Positions 12,041 to 22,782 of a stretch of DNA of 64,000 bases are shown one piece after another (within the stretch, counting starts at the first letter, position 1; every line of letters starts with the position of its first letter). Below the pieces are notes generated by a model that saw only the letters and a list, made by a program, of their open reading frames with translations, was not told the origin of the DNA and made no database searches. Source of the DNA: Felis catus (Eukaryota); NCBI RefSeq assembly GCF_018350175.1, contig NC_058382.1, forward strand, positions 51,896,001 to 51,960,000, read 5' to 3'. A program made the translations under genes and the position numbers.

Positions 12041-13104
12041 CAAAGATACGCATCTGTACTAGATGGGTCACGCTAGATCTTAGTTTCCTTCCTCAAAATG
12101 AAATAAGTCTCCCGCTGCATTTCCGGCATGCAACTCTGCTTCTGATTTTCCCGCTCAGGTTGCAGCAAGCTCTGGCTCAATGTACCATAGGTTGCGGGTT
12201 GCTCGATCACCCGCTGATTCTGACTGATGCACGCACATCCCATGACCCCTCCGCCACAGAGATCATCCCCTCAGGCCATGAGCACATGAAACTCAGCTGC
12301 TAGGTCCTTTGAGGGGCCACACAGAGCCAGTGAATGGGTCGAATTAATAGTACAACAGTATCCTGAAGGTCTCTTGACGCACTGAGCCGAAATCAAGTTG
12401 TTTGATGTCTACACCAGGGTACAGAGCCAAAGCGGAGAGCGGATTCCTTCCCCGATGTCCCAGAACGGGAGAGGCTGTGGCTGCGGCCCTCTGCTAGTGT
12501 CTAACATGCAGTGATAGATAAGCCGAGTGTTAAACTAGGCTCTACCCAGATGTGACAGAGGGGGACAGACTCGCCCAGAGAGAGAGATCTTAGCCAAGCA
12601 GGGGGCTGGTCTTCCCTGTCCCTTGTCACAAGTCCGCAGGAGCACAGTGCCTGACTCACAGTGGGCGGTCAATATTTGTGAAACAAAGAACCAGTTAAGC
12701 TCAAGGGTCTAAAACTTCAGAGCCCCTGAATCACCTAAAGTGGAGTGTCTCCATAGTCTCAACAGACAGGTATAGGCAAGGCCAACATACCACTTTAAAA
12801 GCTGCACTCTGTGATTTTGATGTAGGCAGCCTGCCGTCCACACTTTGAGAAAGCCTAACATAACCAATGAACGTTTTGCGGTCAGAGACCATCTCATGTT
12901 CTTCTGTTATTGGACACCTGCCGCGTACCACGTGCTCTTCCTAGTACCGGGGATAGCGCAGAACCCAACCTTCTGTGGGCCGGTCTCTGTCCAAGATCAA
13001 GGTCATGTGGGTACAGAGGGAGACAGTGCCTCCCCTTGAGCCCAGAGACCAGTGGGAGGGATGGAGAGGGGACAATGAGGAATATGCTTTCACAATATGA
13101 TAGG

Positions 13105-13305
13105 TCTCGACTGGAGGTGATTTTGCCCTCCAAGGGACATCTGGCAATATCTAGACACATTTTTGTCAAAGGGGGAAGTGCCACTTGCGTTGAAAGAGGA
13201 CAGGCCAGAGATGCTGCTAAAGGCCCCGTAATGCACAGGACAGCCCTTCACATCCAAGAATTACCTGGCGCAGAATGTCAATAGTTCTAGGTTGACAAAG
13301 GCTTC
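13105..13305. mobile_element. MER20 DNA transposon
   Basis: 'gtgattttgccc..gggacatctggcaat..ggccagagatgctgctaa..atgcacaggacagccc..aatgtcaatagt'. Confidence 0.75.
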
Positions 13306-13964
13306 AAGATAGAATGGGTTAAGTGTTATAACCAAGGGACAAGCAAGGTACACAACCAAGTACGGAGGAAATAGCCCACTACTGGTCCTACAATGCGGTG
13401 CCCAGGGCCCCGGAGCCTCCCTCCCTGTCTCCCACTCCATCCCACGTGTGCGTGCCTAGCAAACGTGCATGAAACCTGGAGTTACGTGGGGCTCAGTTTG
13501 AAGCCTGGCTCCTCCCCACTGGGCAAGCCACTTAACTCTCCCGAAACCTCACTTTCATCCCAGCTCTCCTCCATGAGCAGCAGGGACTCCGGAAGAAAGG
13601 GGAGAATATTTTTATGTACCCGTGATTGACAGTCTGACAAACTCCCACTTACCTCACAGGGTTGATGCAATGAAGTGAGGTCATGCTTTGCCCAGTGACA
13701 GCACCTGCTAAGTGTCTGTCATGTCAGCTGCTGTGATGATAATGAGTGACGCCCCCCTCCCCCCACGGCGGTACCGCCTCCGCCTTGTCCCTTACATTTA
13801 CCTGATTTTTAGATACAGCTCCTTCCTTGAGACTCTTGCCTTCTCCCAGCACATTGTATAGACAGCGGTGACTCTCCTCGATATGGTGCCAGGTCCAGAG
13901 CCTCTAGCCATGCCCTGTCCTTCCTCTCTAAGTGGGGAGATCCTCAAGAAACTCCCCTTCAAAA

Positions 13965-14169
13965 TTGTTTTGTTTATTCATTTTTGAGAGAGAGACAGAC
14001 AGAGCGGGTGGGGGGCGGGCAGAGAGAGGGTGAGAGAGAGAATCCCAAGCAGGCTCCGCGCTGTCAGCATGGAGACTGACGCAGGGCTCGAACTCACAAA
14101 CTGTAAGATCATGACCTGAGCCGAAACCAAGAGTCGGACGCTTAACCGACTGAGCCACCCAGATGCCCC
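13965..14169 (-). mobile_element. SINEC
   Basis: Reverse head 'ttaaccgactgagccacccagatgcccc'. Confidence 0.9.
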
Positions 14170-15759
14170 AAGAAACCGCCCTTCAGTCACGGTGAGAGCC
14201 AGCTTTCAACATGAGCACTTGGTAAGCACCTCAAACAGCAACACAACTCCTCTTTTATTTCCGCTCCTTACTTTAGGCCATTTTACTATCCAGACAACTT
14301 GTCCCAGACATATCTGTCTCTGGTGGCTGGTCTCCTTTGGCACCCTCGGCAGCTCGCCCTTGACTAAACCACAGCTATGTCAATGGCATAATCAACACAT
14401 CTCAATTCCCTTAGGTTCTAAGGATGCCCCCCCACACATCTGCAAGTGGGCCCTTTCTCTCCAAGCCTAAAGAAACGTCACCTCTGCCTTCTGAACGGTA
14501 ATTTTGTAAAGGTCAGCACGTCTGGTTGTCATTCTTTCAAAAATATGGCTGCCCATCAGAGAACTTCCAAGATTTTGAAGGGTCTCTTTGGCCTCCTTAT
14601 AGTTCTAACCTTTTCCCACAAACTCATGGCTGGTAGCTCCAGCTGAAAGCCCTCAGCCACCATGGAACATCGTAGTTATCAATCAGTGAGCAAATAAAAC
14701 CATATTATCTGGAAGCAAGATAATTACATGCTTAATAAGGAACCAGAGTCCTCTGAGCAGAAATACGGAATCTCCCGGCTGGAGGATTTTGCTAAAAGAT
14801 GCAAAGCAAGGGCCAGTCAGAATTATATGTTGCAAGTTCTACCACCGTCATGTGGAATTTTCCTGAGCGGTGGCAGCTCAGGTTATTTTTTACCCTTGTC
14901 CAGCAGACCTGAGGAGCTTCAGGAACTCACGAGCATTTTCAATAACTCATCATCACTCTCCGTGGTCTTGTGGCCATGAGTGACTCATTCTCTGACGTGC
15001 GCAATATTTCCTGGGACTGGTTATATGTCCTTCTATTGGCTGAGTGACAGCCTTCTACTTGACCTTCAAATCTCAAAGAGTCACTTCCTTGGTTTTCATC
15101 CTTTTCCCCTCCCCAGCTGCTTCCTTTTCTGTGCCCCATCACATTTCAAATGTCTCTCTTACAGACTGTACAACGGATATGTTTCTGCATGGCATAGGAA
15201 CCATCTCCTACACTTTTTTTCTCTTCCTCCCCAGAACCTCACTCTCATGTTGGAATAAGCATCCACCGAGTGTCCACTTCAGTTCTATTCAACCATCCAA
15301 ATCCAGCACTGGGAAACATTGGTAAATAAAATAAAACAAACATTGGAGGCAATTCACTAGATTGTTTTTCATCTCTTGCTTTAGTTCAAAATACAATAGG
15401 TAAGAATATATAGTCGGGCTTGATTATGGGCTGCAGATTTCTGCAGAACATTCTAACTTCTGGTTCAATATTTAATTCACTTGAACCCCTCGTGACCATG
15501 GTCAAGAGTCAGTGTCATCCAAATATCCACGAAGGAAAAAGGACCAGGTGCTCCATCTAGATTCCACCATCTTGTTTTTTGCATTCCTGCCTCCTCCTAT
15601 GCAGAATGTTCTTTACCTTTTTGAAGCCAGAGTTCCTACTAATGGCCCCTTGAAAAATCCTCTTGGAGCATCCCCATGGGCTGTTCAGTGGCCAAACAGA
15701 TACTTCTAAAAGCTCCTTAGTGTTCCCCTTCCTTTAAAAATAACGGTCATCCTTGAGGA

Positions 15760-15890
15760 CCAGAACCAGGGTGGGGCAAGAGATGTGACAAGGGTTAAAA
15801 GTTAAGGAGGGGCTTCCTCTCAGGTGCTGACCCAGCGCCTGCCTGACCCTGAGAGTGGGTGCCTCCTTAAATTTTGCACCCTTGTCACCT
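15760..15890. mobile_element. MER91-like palindromic hAT-Tip100 MITE
   Basis: Inverted arms ttaaggagg..ctctcagg / cctgagag..cctccttaaattttgc. Confidence 0.6.
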
Positions 15891-17349
15891 CCCTTTCTCC
15901 ACCATAGTCCACAACCTGCATTACTGCAAAGACACCTGTGCAACTCGTCCAAAAAAGCAGTTGGCTGTTTGAATCTTTTCTCTCTTTTCCCAAGTGGGCC
16001 AATTTATGTTCCTGAACGTTTTACTTTTCCAGTCACTCTTGCATCTAGGTCAAAATCTGAGGGCTCACTCACTGTAGACTCCTAGAGTTATTTGACAAAA
16101 CATAGAAATTCCAGATTCCAAGTCTATTTGCAATGAATGTATTGCTTTTCAATACCCCCTTTGTATTTTAAGCCATTCCAAAGATGGCTGTTGTAAATGT
16201 GAGTAATCTTCCATAGATGACATTGGTAGATCTGCTTCTTAATTACAGTATTACTCATTTCTTCCTTTTCAAACCTTTTAATTTATCACCTAATAGGCAC
16301 AGTGATCCATGGAATAACCCATCTTCATTTTTTCCCCTGTTTTGGGTGGCTAGGCTTATTGTTATTCATAGCACAGGCCAAATGCTTTGATTATTAAGTG
16401 GTGTCATTTGTACCCTAATGACTTTGTGCCTTTCACACCATTCAAAAGGAAATTGAATATCATGAAACATTAAATGAGATCCCAACAAAGCTTGAGCATT
16501 GTTAACTTTCATTACTCACGTGTGAAAAAACTGACTACTCAGAAGGTGACTGGAGGTGGAAAGATATTCTAGATTTGTATGGTCACTGTGGGCCCCTGCA
16601 TCCTTGGAAACTCTTTGCAATATAGTACCAAAGGCCCCAACCAACCTGACCAGCACGTTGCCTCACATTCACTCTTGCTCTTTGTCCTTGCGCCCACTGG
16701 CCCCCTTGTCAGTCTCTCCATTCACATTCTGCCCCCTCTCCTGCGAAAGTCCCCTCTCCCTTCTTGTCTTAGCTCCTTTGTACTCATCCTTTAAACCCCA
16801 GCTCGACTGCCACTTGTTCAAGGAAGCCCTCTCTAATCTTCCCAAACAGATCAAACCTCCTATCCACATGCTCATAACACCATCTTAGAATTAGTAAGTG
16901 TCAATCTTGCATTCGTTCGAGTCATTCTTTGATGGTCTGCATCTCCCATTAGACCATAAGCTTCATGACGGCATGAGTCTTGTAGGTGTTTACTCACCGT
17001 TGTCTTCCCAGGCTTTCAGAAACCCCATCTCTCCTGGTTCCATTGCAGACAGAAGTAAGAATGACCAAGTACTGCTCCTCTGCAAACGTGTTCTGAACCC
17101 ATTACATTTTTCCCGTAGGCCATGCTTGAATGCCATCTTGAATGCCACTAGACTTTGTTGGAGCATGAACCAACAATGGCCCAGGGTCAACTCTGATGGG
17201 TTGCGATCCATGGGGGCTAAATAAACAAATTAAGAACACAGTTTTTTAATTGTGAGATTCTTTTCATTATGTTTAGCCTATTTAATAAGCAAAACCGTGG
17301 GTACCTCAGGACAGAGAGAGCCTACTGATTTCATCCGTTACTTAAAAAA

Positions 17350-17564
17350 AATTTTTTTAAACATTTATTTATTTTTCAGAAGAGAGAGACAGAGCATGAG
17401 TGAGGGAGGGAGGAGAAAGAAAAAGAGAGCCACAAAATCGGAAACAGGCTCCGGGCTCTGAGCTGTCAGCACAGAGCCTGACACGGGCCTCGAACTCACG
17501 GACCGTGAGATCATGACCTGAGCCGAAGTCTGATGCTTAACCGACTGAGCCACCTAGGTGTCCC
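17350..17564 (-). mobile_element. SINEC_Fc
   Basis: Reverse head; TSD catcc(g/a)ttactt. Confidence 0.9.
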
Positions 17565-18298
17565 ACCATCCATTACTTTATACACAGCTCCTGAACGGGG
17601 CTTTGGCACTGTTGAAGGAGTGACTGACTGCATCAATGAATGGATAGAAGAGAGCTATTATCATTTAACATATGAAGCAGGTGAGGAGCAGAGATGAAGC
17701 ACCTTGCTGGAATGACAGCGAAGCAGAGCGTAGGACTCAGTGATGATCTCACTGCCGCCTGCTGCCATCCACTTGGGATGGTACCAAGGTGGCCTCCCAG
17801 GGACAGGAAAGAAGTATCAGAAAAGCTCAGGTAGCCTCTGTGCTCAGGATCTCGGCATCTTGAGGTGTTTTAATCATATGACTCAAATTTCCTCCCACTG
17901 TCCGGAGGGGAGACCAGCTCTGGCTGAGATAGCCTGAGTATGCCCAGAATCCCGAGCCCGGGAAATTCCAGCTGCCCAGACCAGATTTGGCCAGCCACAC
18001 AGCTGGCGGTGGCTTCTCAGACTGGGTGTGAGAGGCCACGGCCCTGATTACAAACAGACTCCACTGGGACACCCGGGCAGCACTGAGCAGGCCCCCAACA
18101 GGCAGCTGCCTGGGCCGAGGGCTCTGAGATGAGCGTCAGGTGAGACAGAAACCTCTCGTGTGGCTCAGCCACGTGACCTCTCACTCTCTCCACATACCAC
18201 TTGCTTATTCATCCATCTGTTCATCCTGGAGGCTATCATATGCCCAATACACCCGTGCGCTGGGGTCCCTGAGGTTGGTGCCACTGTCCCACCATCTA

Positions 18299-18632
18299 GA
18301 GCTGCACTCCCCAATACGGTAGACATGAGCCATGTGCAGCCACTGGGCACATGAAGCATGGCTCATCTGAATTGAAACACGCTGTAAGAACAAAATACAC
18401 CCTGGATTCCAGACACGTATAGTACGAAAGGAGGAAGGAGCATAAAATATCTCATGGAGACCTTATTATGTGGAGCATATACTGAAGTGATAATATTTTG
18501 GATAGATTTGGTCAAAGAAAATATATTCTTAAAATTGATTTTACCAGTTTCTTTTTACATTTGTTAATGTGAGTAACTAGAGAAATTTTAGTGTATTTGT
18601 AGCCCATTTCGTATCTCCACTGCACGGCGCTG
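18299..18632. mobile_element. MER33-like hAT-Charlie element
   Basis: ~330 bp; 'ccaatacggtag..agccatgtg..gctgtaag..aaaatacac..gataatattttggata..ttctttttac'. Confidence 0.65.
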
Positions 18633-18985
18633 GCCTAACGTACTGGAGAGAAGGGCCAAGTTCCAAGCTGGGGGTAAGGGTGATGTTATAGCTGGCCTGA
18701 GGTGCCCAGGGAGCCCAAAGGAGACTTGGCCCCAAATGCCAGAGTGGGGGCGGGGGAGTAGCAGCTTCCTAGAAGGGTCCACATCGAGAACAAGAGCCCC
18801 AGAACAAATCCAAGTTAGATCCAGGACCAGGAAAGTCCAGGAAGGAACCCCGTGTATACAGAGGCACAAAGCTGAGAAGCCCAGTAACCTCCAGATAAGC
18901 GTCCGGTGGCAGGAGTGAGGGAGGCGTAAGACAAAGTAGTGACACAGGAAAGGACAAGAGACGTCCGTTCCTGAGAAGTCAGTCC

Positions 18986-19297
18986 AGTGTTGTCCAGCAG
19001 GATGACTATGTGAGCCACAAGCCACGTTTTCAGTTTTGTAGTAGCCACATCCAGAGAAGTAAAAAGTGTGGGGGGGTTAACTTTAGTAGTCTGTTTTATT
19101 GAAGCCAGAGTATTTATCATGTTAACGTTTCACCACGTGATCGATGTCACCAATTCGTAACGAGATAGTGTATCTGCTCTCGTTGTCTTTGAAGTTGGCC
19201 GCGGGGCTTACACGCACAGCACGTCGAAGTCTGGGCTGGCCCCAGTTCAGGTGCTCAGTGCCACATGTGACTGTGGCTACTGCATTAGGCAGTGCGG
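18986..19297. mobile_element. MER33-like element, opposite orientation to the 18299 copy
   Basis: 'cagtgttgtccag..gtgagccaca..tagtagccacat..agtaaaaag..gtgctcagtgccacatgtgactgtggctac'. Confidence 0.6.
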
Positions 19298-20339
19298 GGC
19301 TACTAGGATTTTCCCATCATCAAGTGCGCTGGGAAAAGGTTTGGAGCAGAAGTGTCCCTTAGGAAGAAAAGAAAAAACAAAAATGGTAGCCACAAGAGAG
19401 ACAAGGAGCTCTCTGGAAGTTGTCACCACCATCTTTTGGTCACTGTCACCTACCGAGGTCACTGTCACCTACCGATCTTTGAGCATCAAGGTACTTAGCT
19501 GTAAAATGGGTATAACATCTATCTCTCAATTTACGAACTGGTATTTTGGGAGCAAAGTCTCTTCTTGCAGACTTTACCTCGTGATGGAGTTATGTGAGGG
19601 CAGTTTCGGGGTGCAGACAGCAGAGCCCTGTCCCGGATTTTGTCCAGAGTCCTGTAAAGGGGTAACTGCTCTCTCAGTTCCCAAGTGGTTCGAACTCCTT
19701 TCAGTGGGTGACCGGGGACAGATTCCTTAGATTTTTCACCTTTAGGTTTCTCATCTGTGAACCTGTGGTGTGCAGATAAAAGGAAGCAATGTGTGTAAAG
19801 TGCCTCACCTGATAAAAAATTGATCAGAAAATGGCCATTTCTTTCCTTCTACGCTGTCATCAAAAGGGCTCTTTCACGTCTCCAAGAGCAGCCTAAGAGG
19901 ATGTTAAACTCAAACAGCATGACTGGGGATCAGACTAGTTCAGTTATGTCTCAGAAACATTCCCAACCCTTTCTCTATCCCCTTCAAAAGGAACTTCAAG
20001 GAGTCAGTTCATTTCAGAAGGAAATTGTCCAAAAAAATATGCAGATTAGAGCCAGCCCTTCGGGGGGCTTTTTTCTAGTATCACAATAAGCTTTAACTGG
20101 AAAGAAAACAGCTTTTCAGTGTCCCTGGGCTCTATCTTACTGGAGAAATGGCACAAAAATTCTTCGAGTCTCCAAGGAGTTTCCAGGTGCTTAATGACTT
20201 GTCAGGGTAATAAACAACTGAATTCTGGGAAATCATTATGTGAGATGTTACCTACCACCTTCCTCTGCCTTTGAGAATCAAATGAAACAACATAGTCTGG
20301 GTGGAACGGGGGCGGGGGGCAGGGGGAGGAAGCATCAGT

Positions 20340-20492
20340 TTTGAAGTCGGACAAACCTGAGTTTGAACCACAGTTCTGTCACTGATAGCCACATAGTCTT
20401 TGGACAGATTGCTTTGATCTTTGAGCATCAAGGTACTTAGCTGTAAAATGGGTATGACATATATCTTACAAGATAAGAACTATGTATGAAAG
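20340..20492 (+). mobile_element. MIR (one of many; others at ~2990-3190, 4860-5010, 5300-5480, 9030-9230, 37330-37520)
   Basis: 'agtcggacaaacctgagtttgaac..ctgtcact..ctgtaaaatgggtat'. Confidence 0.65.
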
Positions 20493-20498
20493 GAAAGA

Positions 20499-21056
20499 AT
20501 GTTAGTTATCTATTGCTGCATAACAAAATGTCCCCAGAACTTATTGGCTTAAAACAATATTTGTGATCTCACTTTACGTGGGTGAGGAACCTGGGCATGG
20601 CTTAGCTAGGTCCTTGGGCTCAGGGTCTCCCAAGGTGTCAGCCAGGGCTGCGTTCTCATTTCTAGGCTTAACTCAGAAAGGATCTGCTTCTGAGCTCTCT
20701 CATTGGTTGTTGACAGGAGCTAGTTCCCCATGGGCTTTTGGACCGAGGGTATCAGTTCATCAGTGGTTGTCGGTGGGAGGTCTGCCTCAGTTCCCTGCCG
20801 TGTGAGCCTCTCCCTAGGGCAGCTTACAACAGGGCAGCTTGTGTCACCAGAGCAAGAAGGCACGAAGAGTCAGAGGAAGAGACGACAAGACAGAAATCAG
20901 TCTTTCATAACCTAATCTTGGAGGTGACATCCCATCACTTTTGCTGTTTTCCAACGGTCAGAAGCAAGTCAGCAGGTTTGGCCCACATTCGAGGGAGAAA
21001 GGGTGTGTGTCAGGGGGAAAGGAAGGTTGGGAACCATTCTGGAGGCTGTCTGCCAC
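20499..21056 (-). mobile_element. MLT1 solo LTR (ERVL-MaLR)
   Basis: 'tgttagttatctattgctgcataacaaa..ggcttaaaacaa..ggcttagct..catcactt..agaagcaagtc..tctgccac'. Confidence 0.75.
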
Positions 21057-22698
21057 GGTATTTAAACATTCTTGGTATACAGTCGTGATGACCAGATATG
21101 ACAGCATTTTGAAAAGCAGTGTTCACCACAGAAATAAAAGAAATCTACTGGATGTGTATCAGGGTCAGGAAATTTAATCACATGACACTACCAGTCTATA
21201 AAAGGGCTGATTCTAACCGATACTAGGTTTTCCAAAGACTACGTTTAAATATGCATTTAACTTACATTACATACTGATTTGATAACATATTGCCAAATAA
21301 CAATGTTTGGAGTTAAAAGGCACTCATTTCTCCTAATGTTTTATTATGTGTCTGAACCCCTTTCTGATTATTTTAGGATGTCCATGTTTTTATGGGGATG
21401 TAAGTAAAAATATTCATCTCGATTTTCTCATTTAGCACCATTACAAAGGCATTTGACCCTGCTGTACTTTCCTTGTAATTAGCAGCTTAATAGCAACATA
21501 GTATTTCCATTCTGTAGCTAAATCTAAGAGTCGTGGTTTACTTAACCATTCCTTTACTCTGTGATACAGAAGTGGCTGCAAGTGTTTCACCATTAAAAGC
21601 AATGCTATGATTGAGTATCTTTTGTGTGGTAAGTTTTTTCCCCCACAATTTGAATTATGTCTTTAGGCTAAGTCCCAGAAAAGCAATTAGAGTATGCACA
21701 TTTTAACGGCTCAAGTTTTTATCCAAACGGGAAGACAGGTTTCCCTAAAGACAGACATCTCAGCTTACTTTAAACTAAAAACAAAAACAAAAACAAACAA
21801 ACATGGCATGTAGCCTATAAGGACATTTCATGAATACTTGTGGACTTGAATGAGTGAACAAAAATATTTAAAAATCTGAGACTTCAGGAAAAAATATTTA
21901 GGCCAGATCTCTTGTAACTTTTTTTAAAAATCAAGAGATGTTGTATTTCCATTTAGATTTCACTAAGAAATGTGGAGGGCCTATTCATGCCAAGCACTGG
22001 GCATGGTTGCCCTTTGCTTATCTCATTTAATCCTCACCAGCGCCCCCTACAGCTCATTTTCCGCACAGCCAGAGAGTGAAATGCTCAAAGCATAAATCAG
22101 ATCAGGGCACACGCTTGCTTTTTAAGTAAGCCCGTATCATTTGAAAGGAAAAGTAGGTCCTCTTCTCTGGGCAGAATACTAGTTCTGGAGAAAACTCTAC
22201 TTACGTAGAAACAAAATTTCCATGCAATAACCAGGAGTAACCTAAGGGAATTTTCCTGAATATAGTTTAGCTTGGGTAATGGATCATTTTAGTTAAACTA
22301 CGAATCAGAGTTATACAACACTTTGGTAAGCAGGGCACAAGTGACTCTGAGAAAAATAATTTTACCGATCAGAATTTACTCTGACTGATGTCTTTCTTGG
22401 AACCTCACGGTACCCTCCTCCCCACCAACTCCCCCCCCCCCCCCTTTAAAGAAAATTTCGTCGTCTTATTACAAGGACTATCACTTTCATTTCTTAGACC
22501 CAGAGGACCAAGTTGCTTGCACAAGCTCAGAGTGCCTGAGTGACACAATCAATTTATTTCCACCCAGGGTCCCAAAGCATCTCTGGCTTGGCTGCTAACC
22601 TTGAACCACAGCGCCCCCACGTGGGCGGCGGCTGGTTTGGCTTTTCCACCTGGGCAACTTCTCACCCAATCAGCGCTTCCGTTTTTCTCCTGGTTCAG

Positions 22699-22782
22699 GT
22701 GAAGGAGGCCATGCAGCGGATCCACGACCGAGGAAACATCGGCAAGTTAATTCTGGATGTAGAGAAGACCCCGACTCCACTG
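22699..22782 (+). CDS. VAT1L: VAT1L (vesicle amine transport 1-like, MDR/quinone oxidoreductase family) penultimate coding exon, 84 bp, phase 0/0: VKEAMQRIHDRGNIGKLILDVEKTPTPL
   Basis: AG acceptor at 22697-22698, donor CTG|gtgagt at 22783, candidate branch point CTCAC at 22661-22665. The peptide carries the MDR-type C-terminal N-x-G-K motif and matches the VAT1L C-terminal region. Confidence 0.96.

Larger units (their letters stand above)
1..22698 (+). other. VAT1L: Large intron of VAT1L (3' part; upstream exons lie outside the window)
   Basis: No VAT1L-like coding sequence recognised before 22699. The region is repeat-rich and ends in a pyrimidine tract plus CAG acceptor (ttccgtttttctcctggttcag). 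Confidence 0.85.
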
